NCBI GenBank assembly: GCA_016928115.1
Contig: JAFGLI010000007.1
Span: 12,364-76,363 of the forward strand
From: Candidatus Woesearchaeota archaeon
GTDB lineage: Archaea; Nanobdellota; Nanobdellia; Woesearchaeales; UBA9642
Direction of reading: 5' to 3'
Length of the DNA stretch: 64,000 nucleotides
Shown here: positions 27,675-37,185 of the stretch, in pieces
Numbering within the stretch: position 1 is the first letter of the stretch
Layout: every line of letters begins with the position of its first letter
Translations under genes and position numbers: made by a program
Notes under the pieces: model-generated
Seen by the model: the letters and a program-made list of their open reading frames with translations, nothing else
Databases searched by the model: none
Told to the model about the DNA's origin: nothing

Positions 27675-29191
27675 ACAAAACCATATTAATAGGATTAGAC
27701 GGAGCAACATGGAATAATTTAATGCCATGGATAAAACAAGGGGAACTTCCTTTCTTCAAAAAAATAATTGAAAAAGGGGTTCATGGAATAAACCAAACAA
27801 CAATTCCCTGCCAGACTTCGCCCGCCATACCTTCTTTTTACACAGGGTTGCAACCTACAAAAACAAAAACATTCGGTTTCAGGAAATATGATGGAAAAAT
27901 AATATCATCAAGAGATATTAAAGGAAAAAGATTATGGGATATAATTGGAGAAAACAATTATAAAAGCTTTGTTTCTGGCTTAAGAACAACATATCCTCCG
28001 AAAATAAAAAACGGTGTTTTAATTTCTTCTATATTAGTTCCTTCTGAGGATTCAGATTTTGTTTATCCTGTTTCTGAAAAAAAATACTTTAAGGATTTTC
28101 TTGAAAATGAAATTGGACTGAAAAAAAGGAAGAACTTAAAAAAAAATAACCGGCCTAAATTACTTCAAATAATAATAAAAATAACTAAAAACCAAATTGA
28201 TTTAATAAACAAATACATAGAAAAAAAAGATTTTGATTTTATTCTTATCTATTTTGGCGTTACAGATAGCACACAACATGCACTATGGAATTCACAGAAT
28301 TTAATTTTAAAATTATATAAATTTTTAGATAAAGAAATAAGACAACTTAATGAAAAATACCCCAAACATAATTTTCTGTTTTTCTCAGACCATGGTTTTG
28401 GAAAAAGCCCTGAAAAGGCTTTTTATATTAACAAATGGCTGTCTGATAAACAATATCTTTTTTATAAAAATAAATTAACAAAAACTCTTGGCTCAATATT
28501 TAAAAAAGCATATTATAAAATAGGGCTTTGGATGGAAAACTCGCTTCCTCAACCAATTTACAGAAAAATTTATTCTTTAGTAAAAAAAGGAAGCAGAAAA
28601 GAGAAAAGCCCCATAAATATAGACCCTATTGAAACAGACACTATGTTTCTGAATATGAAAAAAACCAAAGCTTATTTAGACCAGAAATGGGGTATAAAAA
28701 TAATAAGAAAGAATGTAAATAATTATGAAAAATTCAGGAATAAATTAATGGAAGAAATAATTAAGATAAAAGATAAAAAAGGAAATAAAATTTTCAAAGA
28801 GGTACATAAGAAAGAAGAACTCTATAAAAATGCAGATAAATATGATATAATCCCTGATATAATAGTTACTCTCAACCAAGAATATGAATTCAGAACAGGA
28901 TATAATAAAAAAATAATAGAAACATTAAAAGTAAAAAGAGGAGTAGAAGGCTCTCATGAATACCAAAGAAATGCTGTTTTCATGGCTTATGGTCCTGATA
29001 TAAAAAAAGGAAAAGCAAACATTGAAATCTATGATATTGCCCCAACCCTTCTGCATATGTATAATATCCCTATTTCTAAAGAAATGGATGGAAAAGTCTT
29101 AAAAGAAATATTCAAAAAGAATTCAGAGCCTGGGAAAAGAAATGTAAAATACAAAAAAGAAAAAGGAGTTATAAATGATATTAAAATATAA
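27671..29191 (+). CDS. alkaline-phosphatase-superfamily enzyme (type I phosphodiesterase/nucleotide pyrophosphatase family, PF01663-like)
   Basis: ILIGLDGATWNNL, TSPAIPSFYTGL (nucleophile region), FFSDHGFG. Confidence 0.7.
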   Translation: MNKTILIGLDGATWNNLMPWIKQGELPFFKKIIEKGVHGINQTTIPCQTSPAIPSFYTGLQPTKTKTFGFRKYDGKIISSRDIKGKRLWDIIGENNYKSFVSGLRTTYPPKIKNGVLISSILVPSEDSDFVYPVSEKKYFKDFLENEIGLKKRKNLKKNNRPKLLQIIIKITKNQIDLINKYIEKKDFDFILIYFGVTDSTQHALWNSQNLILKLYKFLDKEIRQLNEKYPKHNFLFFSDHGFGKSPEKAFYINKWLSDKQYLFYKNKLTKTLGSIFKKAYYKIGLWMENSLPQPIYRKIYSLVKKGSRKEKSPINIDPIETDTMFLNMKKTKAYLDQKWGIKIIRKNVNNYEKFRNKLMEEIIKIKDKKGNKIFKEVHKKEELYKNADKYDIIPDIIVTLNQEYEFRTGYNKKIIETLKVKRGVEGSHEYQRNAVFMAYGPDIKKGKANIEIYDIAPTLLHMYNIPISKEMDGKVLKEIFKKNSEPGKRNVKYKKEKGVINDIKI

Positions 29192-29816
29192 AAAAATAAA
29201 AAAATACGGCTCTTCGGAGTATTATCTTTCTGAAGACAAAAAATTCTTCATAAAAACAAATTCATCAAAAAAAGAATATCAAAACCTAAAAAAATACTGG
29301 AACAAAATCAAGATAAAAAATCTCAGGTTTATTGAGCCTGTTGAATTCTCAGAAAAAGAGAAGATACTGATTACTAAATATGAAAATGCCCCTTCATTAA
29401 TTAACATATCTAATCCAAAAATTTATTATAAATTCGGAAAGAAACTAAAAGAATTTCATAATTCAGGTTTTTCACACAGTCATTTGCAGTTTAATGATGT
29501 GCTCTACAAAAAAGAAGAATTCATCCTTACAGATTTAGGAAATTTAAATGAAAAAGATAATATTATTGATTTGGTTAAACTAAAACTAAGCCTTAATTTA
29601 TTTAGATTAAAAAAGCCCTGGCTTTGGAAAAGATATACTGTTTGCTTTAAATCATTCATTAAAGGATATAATTTTAAGGAAAAAGATAAAATGAACAAAG
29701 AATATGAAAAATGGATAAACAACAGAATAGATAATCTTTTAAAAAAGAACAGTTTCCTTTCTAAAATCAAAGGATATATTTTAAAAATAAATAAGAAAAT
29801 GGGTTTATTAAAATGA
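29175..29816 (+). CDS. protein-kinase-like fold protein (Kdo/LPS-kinase-like small kinase)
   Basis: YGSSEYYL...FFIK (Gly-rich loop plus Lys), catalytic-loop-like HSHLQFNDV and DLGN (DFG-like). Confidence 0.45.
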   Translation: MILKYKKIKKYGSSEYYLSEDKKFFIKTNSSKKEYQNLKKYWNKIKIKNLRFIEPVEFSEKEKILITKYENAPSLINISNPKIYYKFGKKLKEFHNSGFSHSHLQFNDVLYKKEEFILTDLGNLNEKDNIIDLVKLKLSLNLFRLKKPWLWKRYTVCFKSFIKGYNFKEKDKMNKEYEKWINNRIDNLLKKNSFLSKIKGYILKINKKMGLLK

Positions 29817-30619
29817 ATCAAGACAAGGATACATTTAGGGGAAAATTGTTTGTAAAATTTATAAAAAATTATTTTAAAAAACCTTTAAAAGAGCTAAAAG
29901 TATTAGACGTTGGATGTAAATATGGGGCATTTAGTTTTGAATTAGCTAAAAACTTTAAAGAAGTTATTGGAATAGATGTAAATAAAGAGGCTTTGAAAGA
30001 AACAAAAGCCAAAGCCGAAAATATAAAAAATCTTAAAATAAAAGAAGAAAGCATATTAAAAACAAGTTTTAAGAGCAATTCTTTTGATTTAATAACAATG
30101 GAAGGAGTTCTGGAATGGGTGGGAATAACTAATCCTGACCTAAAAGCAATTGAATGCCAAAAAAAAGCTTTAAAAGAATGTAAAAGAATTTTAAAGAAAG
30201 ATGGAATAGTATATGTAGGTATTGAAAACAGACTTTGCCCTTATTTCTGGCTGCAGGATCCTCATGGAAAACTGCCTCTTACTGTTATTCTGCCAAGATT
30301 TTTATCAAAACCATTATATAAAATGATAAAAAAATCTTATTACGGACAGAATATTCTTGGTTATTGGGGCTATAAAAAATTATTTAATAATATTTTCAAT
30401 AATCCTGATATCATGATTCCTTTGCCACATTATAAATATTTATATGAAGTTTCTTCTTTTGATAATAATGAACTTAGGAAGAAGATAAAAAAAGTCTCTA
30501 AAATAAAAAACCTAAGAAAAACTTATAGGTGGGCTTTAAACGGATTAAAAATCAGTTCTTATCTAAAACTTACAAAATTATTCTCTCCTAATTTTGCGAT
30601 AATAACCAGAAAAAAATAA
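29813..30619 (+). CDS. class I SAM-dependent methyltransferase
   Basis: Motif I VLDVGCKYGAFSFELA; motif II-like DLITMEGVLEWV. Confidence 0.7.
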   Translation: MNQDKDTFRGKLFVKFIKNYFKKPLKELKVLDVGCKYGAFSFELAKNFKEVIGIDVNKEALKETKAKAENIKNLKIKEESILKTSFKSNSFDLITMEGVLEWVGITNPDLKAIECQKKALKECKRILKKDGIVYVGIENRLCPYFWLQDPHGKLPLTVILPRFLSKPLYKMIKKSYYGQNILGYWGYKKLFNNIFNNPDIMIPLPHYKYLYEVSSFDNNELRKKIKKVSKIKNLRKTYRWALNGLKISSYLKLTKLFSPNFAIITRKK

Positions 30620-30676
30620 TTTTCTTTTTATAAAAACCAAAACATTTAAATACTACCATACATAATTCTATGTATA

Positions 30677-31000
30677 ATGAAAAACAGAACCACTATCCAG
30701 GTTAGTGAAAAAATAAGAAAGGAATTAAGGGTTTTAGCCTCACAAAGGGATAAAAATTACCAGGAACTATTAAAGGATATGATTTCTGTTTTCAGGGAAC
30801 TGGACAGGGAAAAAACAATAGTCTCAATTCCTTCTAAATTAACTGAAAAAGTAGAGGAAAAAATAAAAGAAACTGATATAAAAACAGTTTCAGAATATAT
30901 CACTTTTTTACTGAGAATGGTTTTGTCAGAAGAAGGCAAAATCAAGAATGTTGATGAAAAAAAGATAAAAGAAAAACTAAAGAAACTGGGGTATTTATGA
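30677..31000 (+). CDS. small RHH-like protein with acidic linker and C-terminal LKKLGYL tail
   Basis: N-terminal beta-strand/helix pattern TIQVSEKIRKELRVLA; C-terminus EKLKKLGYL resembles the CysD C-terminal tail; paralog of 36091..36324. Confidence 0.45.
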   Translation: MKNRTTIQVSEKIRKELRVLASQRDKNYQELLKDMISVFRELDREKTIVSIPSKLTEKVEEKIKETDIKTVSEYITFLLRMVLSEEGKIKNVDEKKIKEKLKKLGYL

Positions 31001-31443
31001 TGGCAGACTGTATTTTATCAAAGATTGCAAAAAAACAAATTAAGGCACATATATTTTATGAAGATGATGAATTTATATCTTTTCTTGACATTAACCCCAT
31101 TACAGAAGGACATAGTTTATTAATACCAAAAAAAGAAGCAGAAACAATTCACGATTTGGATGAAAAACAGCAAAAAGCACTTGGAACTGCAATTTATAAT
31201 GTTTCTGAAATATTAAAGAAAAAATACGGAATAAATATATCAATATTAAACACATCAGGAAAAGAATCAGGCCAGTCTGTTCCTTATTTTCATATTCATC
31301 TTGTTCCAAGAAAAAAAGAAGACAGGTTATGGGAAGGAGAAAAATCAAAAGTAATTTACGACAGGTCATCAGGCTTCAAAAGATTATCTCCTTCAAAACA
31401 GATTCTCGAAAAAATATGCAAAGAATTGAAAAATCTAAGGTGA
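30997..31443 (+). CDS. HIT (histidine triad) family nucleotide hydrolase/transferase
   Basis: Histidine triad PYFHIHLVP; ATGA overlap with the upstream gene. Confidence 0.8.
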   Translation: MMADCILSKIAKKQIKAHIFYEDDEFISFLDINPITEGHSLLIPKKEAETIHDLDEKQQKALGTAIYNVSEILKKKYGINISILNTSGKESGQSVPYFHIHLVPRKKEDRLWEGEKSKVIYDRSSGFKRLSPSKQILEKICKELKNLR

Positions 31444-31447
31444 TAAA

Positions 31448-32248
31448 ATGGATCATTTAGACAGACTGGAAAGCAACTCTATTTACATAATAAGAGAAGC
31501 TTATAAAAAATTCAATAAAATAGCCATGCTCTGGAGCATAGGAAAGGACAGCACAACTATGTTATGGCTTGCCAAAAAGGCATTTTTCGGAAAAGTCCCT
31601 TTTCCTGTAGTTTATATAGACACTGGAAAACATTTTCAGGAAATGTATGATTTCAGGGATGAATGTGTGAAAAAATGGAACTTAAACCTCATAGTTTCAG
31701 ACAATATAAAAGAGGCTGAAAAGCAGGGCATAGGCCCTAAGGATAAATTAAAATGCTGCACAATAAGAAAAACTGAGGCTTTGAAAAAAACCATAGACAA
31801 ATACAAATTCGAGGCTTTATTACTGGGCATAAGAAGGGATGAGCACGGCATAAGAGCAAAAGAAAGAACCTTCTCCCCAAGAAACAAGGACTTCAGGTGG
31901 GATTATAAAAACCAGGCTCCTGAATTATGGAACCAATATAAATCCCAGAAAGAAAGCGAGCAGCATTTAAGGGTTCATCCTCTGCTTGAATGGACAGAAA
32001 TAGATGTGTGGAAATACATCCTGAGAGAAAACCTGCCTGTAAACAAATTATATTTTACAAAAAACGGCAAGAGATATAGGTCACTTGGATGCAAGCCATG
32101 CACCCAGCCAGTAAAAAGTAATGCAAAAAATGTACAAGAAATAATAAAAGAGGTTAAGGAAAGCAGAATTGCAGAAAGGTCTGGGAGGGCACAGGATAAG
32201 GAAGAGGCCCAGGCTATGCAGAAACTAAGAGCTTTAGGCTACATGTGA
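31448..32248 (+). CDS. cysD: sulfate adenylyltransferase subunit 2 (CysD, PAPS-reductase-like ATP pyrophosphatase fold)
   Basis: MLWSIGKDSTTMLWLAKKAF, VYIDTGKHFQEMYDFRD, RYRSLGCKPCT, and C-terminus ERSGRAQDKEEAQAMQKLRALGYM, which parallels E. coli CysD as recalled from memory (...ERQGR...ELKKRQGYF). Confidence 0.85.
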   Translation: MDHLDRLESNSIYIIREAYKKFNKIAMLWSIGKDSTTMLWLAKKAFFGKVPFPVVYIDTGKHFQEMYDFRDECVKKWNLNLIVSDNIKEAEKQGIGPKDKLKCCTIRKTEALKKTIDKYKFEALLLGIRRDEHGIRAKERTFSPRNKDFRWDYKNQAPELWNQYKSQKESEQHLRVHPLLEWTEIDVWKYILRENLPVNKLYFTKNGKRYRSLGCKPCTQPVKSNAKNVQEIIKEVKESRIAERSGRAQDKEEAQAMQKLRALGYM

Positions 32249-32257
32249 GGTTAATAA

Positions 32258-33067
32258 ATGATATTAGAAATTACATTAATTATAGGAATAGCATTAATAT
32301 TATTGGCTTTTTTTGCTGAATATATCGATTCAACATTAGGGATGGGTTATGGAACAACATTAACCCCTTTATTATTGTTACTGGGATTCGCTCCTTTACA
32401 GGTTGTCCCTGCTATTTTATTGTCAGAACTTGTTACAGGAATATTCGCAGCATTCATGCACCACAAAAAAGGGAATGTCTTGTTTGACTGGAAAAAAGAC
32501 AAGAACAATTCAGGAAAGATATATACGCCAACCTCACTGGAATCAAAAACTGCCCTTGTATTGGCTTCATTAAGCATAATAGGAACTATCGCAGCCGTAA
32601 TAATCGCAGTAAACATATCCTCATTTTATTTAAAATTATATATCGGGCTATTGGTTCTGGCAATGGGAATTTTGATATTAATAAGACACAAAAAACAAAC
32701 AGAATTCTCATGGAAAAAGATTACTGCTTTGGGATTAATTGCCTCATTCAATAAAGGCTTATCAGGAGGAGGATACGGGCCTGTTGTAACATCAGGGCAA
32801 ATCCTTTCAGGAATAAAAGCCAAGGCAGCAATTGCAGTAACCTCATTAAGCGAAGGCTTAACCTGTTTGGTGGGAATAATAGCTTATCTTGTATTAAACT
32901 CAAATATTGACTGGGTATTGGCTCCTTTTTTAGTAATAGGAGGGGTCTTATCAGTCCCATTAAGCGCATATACAGTTAAAAAAATGAAGACAAAAAGCTT
33001 AACTTTGGTTATTGGAATAATAACAATTATCCTGGGAAGCTTAACCCTGGTAAAATTATTTTTATAA
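32258..33067 (+). CDS. TauE/SafE (DUF81) family anion permease, putative sulfate/sulfite transporter
   Basis: 269 aa, about 8 TM helices with the duplicated 4-TM architecture of PF01925. Confidence 0.7.
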   Translation: MILEITLIIGIALILLAFFAEYIDSTLGMGYGTTLTPLLLLLGFAPLQVVPAILLSELVTGIFAAFMHHKKGNVLFDWKKDKNNSGKIYTPTSLESKTALVLASLSIIGTIAAVIIAVNISSFYLKLYIGLLVLAMGILILIRHKKQTEFSWKKITALGLIASFNKGLSGGGYGPVVTSGQILSGIKAKAAIAVTSLSEGLTCLVGIIAYLVLNSNIDWVLAPFLVIGGVLSVPLSAYTVKKMKTKSLTLVIGIITIILGSLTLVKLFL

Positions 33068-33079
33068 AGGTGATATGAT

Positions 33080-34309
33080 ATGGATGAGAACCTGAAGTTT
33101 GTTATGGTGGGTCATGTGGACCATGGAAAAAGCACTTTGATAGGAAGGCTTTTTTATGACACAGATTCCCTGCCTGAAGGAAAGATAGAAGAAATAAAGC
33201 AGATATGCGATTCTCTTGGAAAAGAATTGGAGTTTGGCTATATAATGGACCATCTGGCAGAGGAAAGGGACCAGGGCATTACAATAGACACTGCCCAGAC
33301 TTTCTTCAGGACAAAGAAAAGGGAATACACAATAATAGATGCTCCTGGTCATGTTGAATTTGTAAAGAATATGGTTACAGGGGCTTCCCAGGCTGAAGCC
33401 GCTATCCTGATTGTGGATGCAAATGAAGGTGTAAAAGAGCAGACAAGAAGGCATTCTTATATATTATCCATGCTGGGCTTAAATCAGGTTATTGTGGCAA
33501 TGAACAAAATGGACTTAATAGATTATAAAGAAGAAAGGTTTAATGAAGTTAAAAAAGAACTAAAAGAATGGCTGGATAAGATTAAGATAAAACCCTCTTA
33601 TATAATCCCTATTTCAGCAAAACAAGGGGATTTCATAGCAAAGAAAACAAAAAACCTTGAATGGTTTAAAGGCCCTACAATACTAGAGGCTCTGGACAGT
33701 TTTAAAAAAGAAACACCAATGTTAAAAAAGCCTTTAAGATTTGCAGTTCAGGATGTTTATAAGTTTAATGAAAGAATAACAGCAGGAATGATTTTATCCG
33801 GGAAAATAAAAGAAAAGGATCATATTGTAATACTTCCTTCAATGGAAGAAACCATTGTAAAAGAGATAAAAGAGTTCAATAAAAACCCAAAAGAGGCTGA
33901 AGCAGGAAAGAGTATAGGCATAACAACAGAAGACTCCTTGTTTCTTGACAGGGGCAATATAATTATAAGAAAAAATGAACCACAGCCCAAAATAACAGAT
34001 ACAATAAAAGGACATTTATTCTGGCTTGACAAAAAGCCTTATGAAAAAGGCGAAAGAGTCTTATTTAAATTATCAACCCAGGAGGTTATGGGTGAGATTG
34101 AATCAATAGATAAGGTAATAGATTCTTCAAGCTTAGAAACTCTAAGGGAAAATGCCAAAGAAATAAAAAACAGGGAAGTTGCTGATGTCACAATTAAACT
34201 AAACAAGGAAATTGCTATTGAAAACTTTAATTTTATTCCACAGTTAGGAAGGTTTGTCCTGGAAAGAAAAGACACCTGTGCTGGGGGGATAATAACAAAA
34301 ATTAATTAA
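33080..34309 (+). CDS. cysN: sulfate adenylyltransferase subunit 1 (CysN GTPase), no fused APS-kinase domain
   Basis: [15 protein letters not shown] (G1), DAPGH (G3), NKMD (G4), EF-Tu-like beta-barrel domains; 409 aa. Confidence 0.85.
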   Translation: MDENLKFVMVGHVDHGKSTLIGRLFYDTDSLPEGKIEEIKQICDSLGKELEFGYIMDHLAEERDQGITIDTAQTFFRTKKREYTIIDAPGHVEFVKNMVTGASQAEAAILIVDANEGVKEQTRRHSYILSMLGLNQVIVAMNKMDLIDYKEERFNEVKKELKEWLDKIKIKPSYIIPISAKQGDFIAKKTKNLEWFKGPTILEALDSFKKETPMLKKPLRFAVQDVYKFNERITAGMILSGKIKEKDHIVILPSMEETIVKEIKEFNKNPKEAEAGKSIGITTEDSLFLDRGNIIIRKNEPQPKITDTIKGHLFWLDKKPYEKGERVLFKLSTQEVMGEIESIDKVIDSSSLETLRENAKEIKNREVADVTIKLNKEIAIENFNFIPQLGRFVLERKDTCAGGIITKIN

Positions 34310-34341
34310 AAATAGAAATATTTATAAATATTGGTTTATAT

Positions 34342-34911
34342 TTGACCCATATGGTTCAAAAATATGATAATATTACATTTGAAATTATTTTAGTTTTAAT
34401 AAGAGAAAAAAAACATATAAGGGGAATAGCCAAAAATATAGGGACCTCACATAATACTGTTTTGAGACAACTAAATCAGTTAGAAAAAGAAGGGATTGTT
34501 GACTATAAAAAAGAAGGAAGAAATAAGATATTCTTCCTTAAGAAAAACCTGAAAAGCAGAAAACTTGTTTATATGGCTGAGCAATATAAGCAACTAAAGC
34601 TTTATAATAAATATCCCAAACTGGAAGTGATTTTTAATGAAATTATAAACAAAGCAAAAGGAATAATAATCTTATTCGGGTCCTATGCTAAATTCAGAGC
34701 CAAAGAACAAAGCGATATTGACATTTACATTGAAACCAAAGACAAAAAAATAAAAGAGGGAATAGAATCAATAAATTCCAAAATAAGCGTAAAAATTGGG
34801 GAATTTGACACTGAATCTTTATTAATAAAAGAAATAATTAATAACCATGTTATAATAGAAGGAGTAAATAAATTTTATGAAAAGGTCAGATTTTTTGAAG
34901 AAGATACATAA
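34342..34911 (+). CDS. minimal nucleotidyltransferase (MNT) with N-terminal winged-helix domain, HEPN/MNT antitoxin
   Basis: ILFGSYAKFRAKEQSDIDIY (GS-X10-DxD nucleotidyltransferase motif). Confidence 0.7.
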   Translation: MTHMVQKYDNITFEIILVLIREKKHIRGIAKNIGTSHNTVLRQLNQLEKEGIVDYKKEGRNKIFFLKKNLKSRKLVYMAEQYKQLKLYNKYPKLEVIFNEIINKAKGIIILFGSYAKFRAKEQSDIDIYIETKDKKIKEGIESINSKISVKIGEFDTESLLIKEIINNHVIIEGVNKFYEKVRFFEEDT

Positions 34912-35350
34912 AGAAGGGAAATTAGAATTAGTTGAGCCCTCACAAAATATAAGTAAAAGTTACATAGAAAAATCAAACAAATCCTTAAAATCCGCGCATA
35001 TTTTAATAAAAAACAATCTTTATGAAGACTCAGTATCTAAGTCTTATTATGCAATCTATTATTGTTTATTAGCCCTTTTATTTAGAACAGGCATAAAATG
35101 TGAAAACCATACTGCATCTATAATTATTTTTAAAGAATTATTTGATAAAAATACTAGTAGTAAAATAAACCCTATCAAAAAAACAAGAATAAATACAGAT
35201 TACTCTGTGGAAAATGAGCCCGGCTCTGAAGAAACCAAAAGACTATATAAAGAGGCTGAAAATATAATTTTAGATATGAAAATAATTTTAAACAATATAA
35301 ATGAAACTAAAATAAACAAGATAAGGGAAGATTTTAAAAAACTAATTTAA
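34877..35350 (+). CDS. HEPN domain protein, HEPN/MNT toxin
   Basis: YYAIYYCLLALLFRTGIKCENHTASIIIF (HEPN helix with an R-Xn-H motif); overlaps the MNT gene. Confidence 0.6.
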   Translation: MKRSDFLKKIHKEGKLELVEPSQNISKSYIEKSNKSLKSAHILIKNNLYEDSVSKSYYAIYYCLLALLFRTGIKCENHTASIIIFKELFDKNTSSKINPIKKTRINTDYSVENEPGSEETKRLYKEAENIILDMKIILNNINETKINKIREDFKKLI

Positions 35351-35357
35351 AAAGGAG

Positions 35358-36101
35358 TTGATAAGAATGATTGTTGTCTTTGCCATAGATGCTCTGGAAT
35401 ATGAGCTGGTGGAGAAATTTGGCTGTAATAATCTAAAACAGGAATATTACGGGAAAACCAATATCTCAGAGTTTTCTCAGCCCAGAACAATGGTTTTATG
35501 GAGCAGTTTTATGACAGGAGAGAATAAAGAGAAAGAAGTTTTAAAAGACGGCGACAAGGAAATGTGGAACAAGAAATGGCCTATAGAAAAAACCTTTTTT
35601 TCAGAATTCAAAAACCCTGTTATCCTTGACCTGCCTGGCTTTTCTTATGATTTAAAGGTTCATGAAAAATCAAGAAAGCTATTGAAAGAATTCTTTGAAG
35701 CAAAAGACAAAGAAGAAAAAGACAAGATAAGAAAAGAATACAACAAGGATGCTTTTGAGCATCATAAAAAAATAAAAGATGAATTCTTCAAAGCTCTGAA
35801 TGAAGACAGGGATTTTGTCCTTGGATATTTTTCTGTGGCTGATGTTATCGGGCATCTGAACTTCGGGAATACAACAATGATGAAGATGATTTACAAAGAA
35901 CTTGATGAAATAGCAGAAAAGATTAAAAACAATAATAAAGTGGACAAGCTTATAATACTGTCAGACCATGGAATGAAAGCCATCGGCATGTTCGGGGACC
36001 ACAGCAATTACGGCTTCTGGAGCACTGACTTCAGGGAATTAAATAATCCGAGGATTACAGATTTTTTCAAGCTCATAAAGGAGGTAAAAAATGAAGGTTG
36101 A
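35358..36101 (+). CDS. alkaline-phosphatase-superfamily protein (PF01663-like), paralog of 25053/27671
   Basis: VVFAIDALEYELV, WSSFMTGE (nucleophile-region-like), ILSDHGMKAIGMFGDHSNYG. Confidence 0.5.
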   Translation: MIRMIVVFAIDALEYELVEKFGCNNLKQEYYGKTNISEFSQPRTMVLWSSFMTGENKEKEVLKDGDKEMWNKKWPIEKTFFSEFKNPVILDLPGFSYDLKVHEKSRKLLKEFFEAKDKEEKDKIRKEYNKDAFEHHKKIKDEFFKALNEDRDFVLGYFSVADVIGHLNFGNTTMMKMIYKELDEIAEKIKNNNKVDKLIILSDHGMKAIGMFGDHSNYGFWSTDFRELNNPRITDFFKLIKEVKNEG

Positions 36102-36324
36102 AATCAAAGATAAGATTATAAAAAGATTACAAAAAAGGGTTAAAGAAACAGATGAATTCAATAATGTAGAAGAATACATAGATTATATTCTGAAACAGGT
36201 CGCTGAAAGACTGGATAATGAAAAAGAAACTGAAGGTGAGCCAGAAGACAGTGAAGAAGTTTATTCCAAAGAGGACGAAGAAAAAGTAAAAGAAAGGCTT
36301 AAGAGTTTGGGGTATTTAGATTAA
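36091..36324 (+). CDS. small RHH-like acidic protein with C-terminal LKSLGYLD tail, paralog of 30677..31000
   Basis: KVEIKDKIIKRLQKRV strand-helix; VEEYIDYILKQVA parallels VSEYITFLLRMVL; C-terminus EKVKERLKSLGYLD. Overlaps the upstream gene by 11 nt. Confidence 0.45.
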   Translation: MKVEIKDKIIKRLQKRVKETDEFNNVEEYIDYILKQVAERLDNEKETEGEPEDSEEVYSKEDEEKVKERLKSLGYLD

Positions 36325-36396
36325 ATAAAATCTAATATTTTTGAAAATCCTGCGAAATATTGGGGATTATTCTTATTAAATGTATTATTTTTTTAG

Positions 36397-36828
36397 ATGT
36401 TAATGGTTAAAAAATATTTAATAGATACTTGTGTTTGGAGAGATTTCTATGAAAACAGGTTTAGTAAAAATAAAAAACCTTTAGGAAAATATGCCACAAA
36501 ACTATTCACAAAAATTATAAATAATAATTCCCAGATATTATTCTCAAAATCATTAATATTAGAGCTGAAAAATGATTATGATGAAAAAGAGATTAATGAT
36601 ATGCTTAATCTTTTATTTTTTAATAAAATATTAAAAAAGATAGAGATCACAAAAGAAGAATATTCAGAAGCAAAAAGACTAGTAAAAGAAAGAAATATCC
36701 CCTTCATAGACTGTTTAAATGCAGTTCAGGCAAGAAATCATAAAGCAATAATGGTTACTCAGGATAAACACTTCTTTCAAAAATTAAATGATATTGTGAA
36801 AGCCAAAAGACCACAGGAAATCATATGA
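36397..36828 (+). CDS. PIN-domain nuclease (VapC-like)
   Basis: Conserved acidic residues in LIDTCVW, ILELK, IDCLNA, VTQDKHF. Confidence 0.75.
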   Translation: MLMVKKYLIDTCVWRDFYENRFSKNKKPLGKYATKLFTKIINNNSQILFSKSLILELKNDYDEKEINDMLNLLFFNKILKKIEITKEEYSEAKRLVKERNIPFIDCLNAVQARNHKAIMVTQDKHFFQKLNDIVKAKRPQEII

Positions 36829-37087
36829 ATTTTTCTTCCAATTCTTTCATTAGTTTTTTACTTATTAATCCCCTTGTTTTTCTATTGTCTTTATAATTGG
36901 TTTTGGTTTTAGATTTTCCTCTATATTTAAGAAATTCTCTAAGCAATTCCTCTTTAGTCAAATCAGATAATTTTTCCCTGACTGCTTCTCTTATGAACTC
37001 TGTTCTTGAATTAAAATTATGCTCATTTATTTTTTTATCTAGATCATCAAGAATATTTTTTTTAAATCTTACAGTCACAGTTTTCAT
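36821..37087 (-). CDS. ribbon-helix-helix (CopG-family) DNA-binding protein, convergent with PIN gene
   Basis: TVTVRFKKNILDDLDKKI...NSRTEFIREAVREKL; 3' end overlaps the PIN gene 3' end by 8 nt on the opposite strand. Confidence 0.7.
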   Translation of the reverse strand: MKTVTVRFKKNILDDLDKKINEHNFNSRTEFIREAVREKLSDLTKEELLREFLKYRGKSKTKTNYKDNRKTRGLISKKLMKELEEKFI

Positions 37088-37185
37088 TGTGTTCTATTGT
37101 AATACATTGTATTTTATAAGTTTTTTGGTTTTTTAGTCGGAATATTTACATAATTAAAAGGTCAATATTTATTAAAACTATATTA

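Noticed and set aside
27280-27759. 159-aa minus-strand ORF
   Set aside because: Antisense to the NodB-like gene and the start of the PF01663 gene; hydrophobic low-complexity; no motifs.
33062-33454. 130-aa minus-strand ORF overlapping the cysN start
   Set aside because: Antisense to the conserved CysN G-domain.
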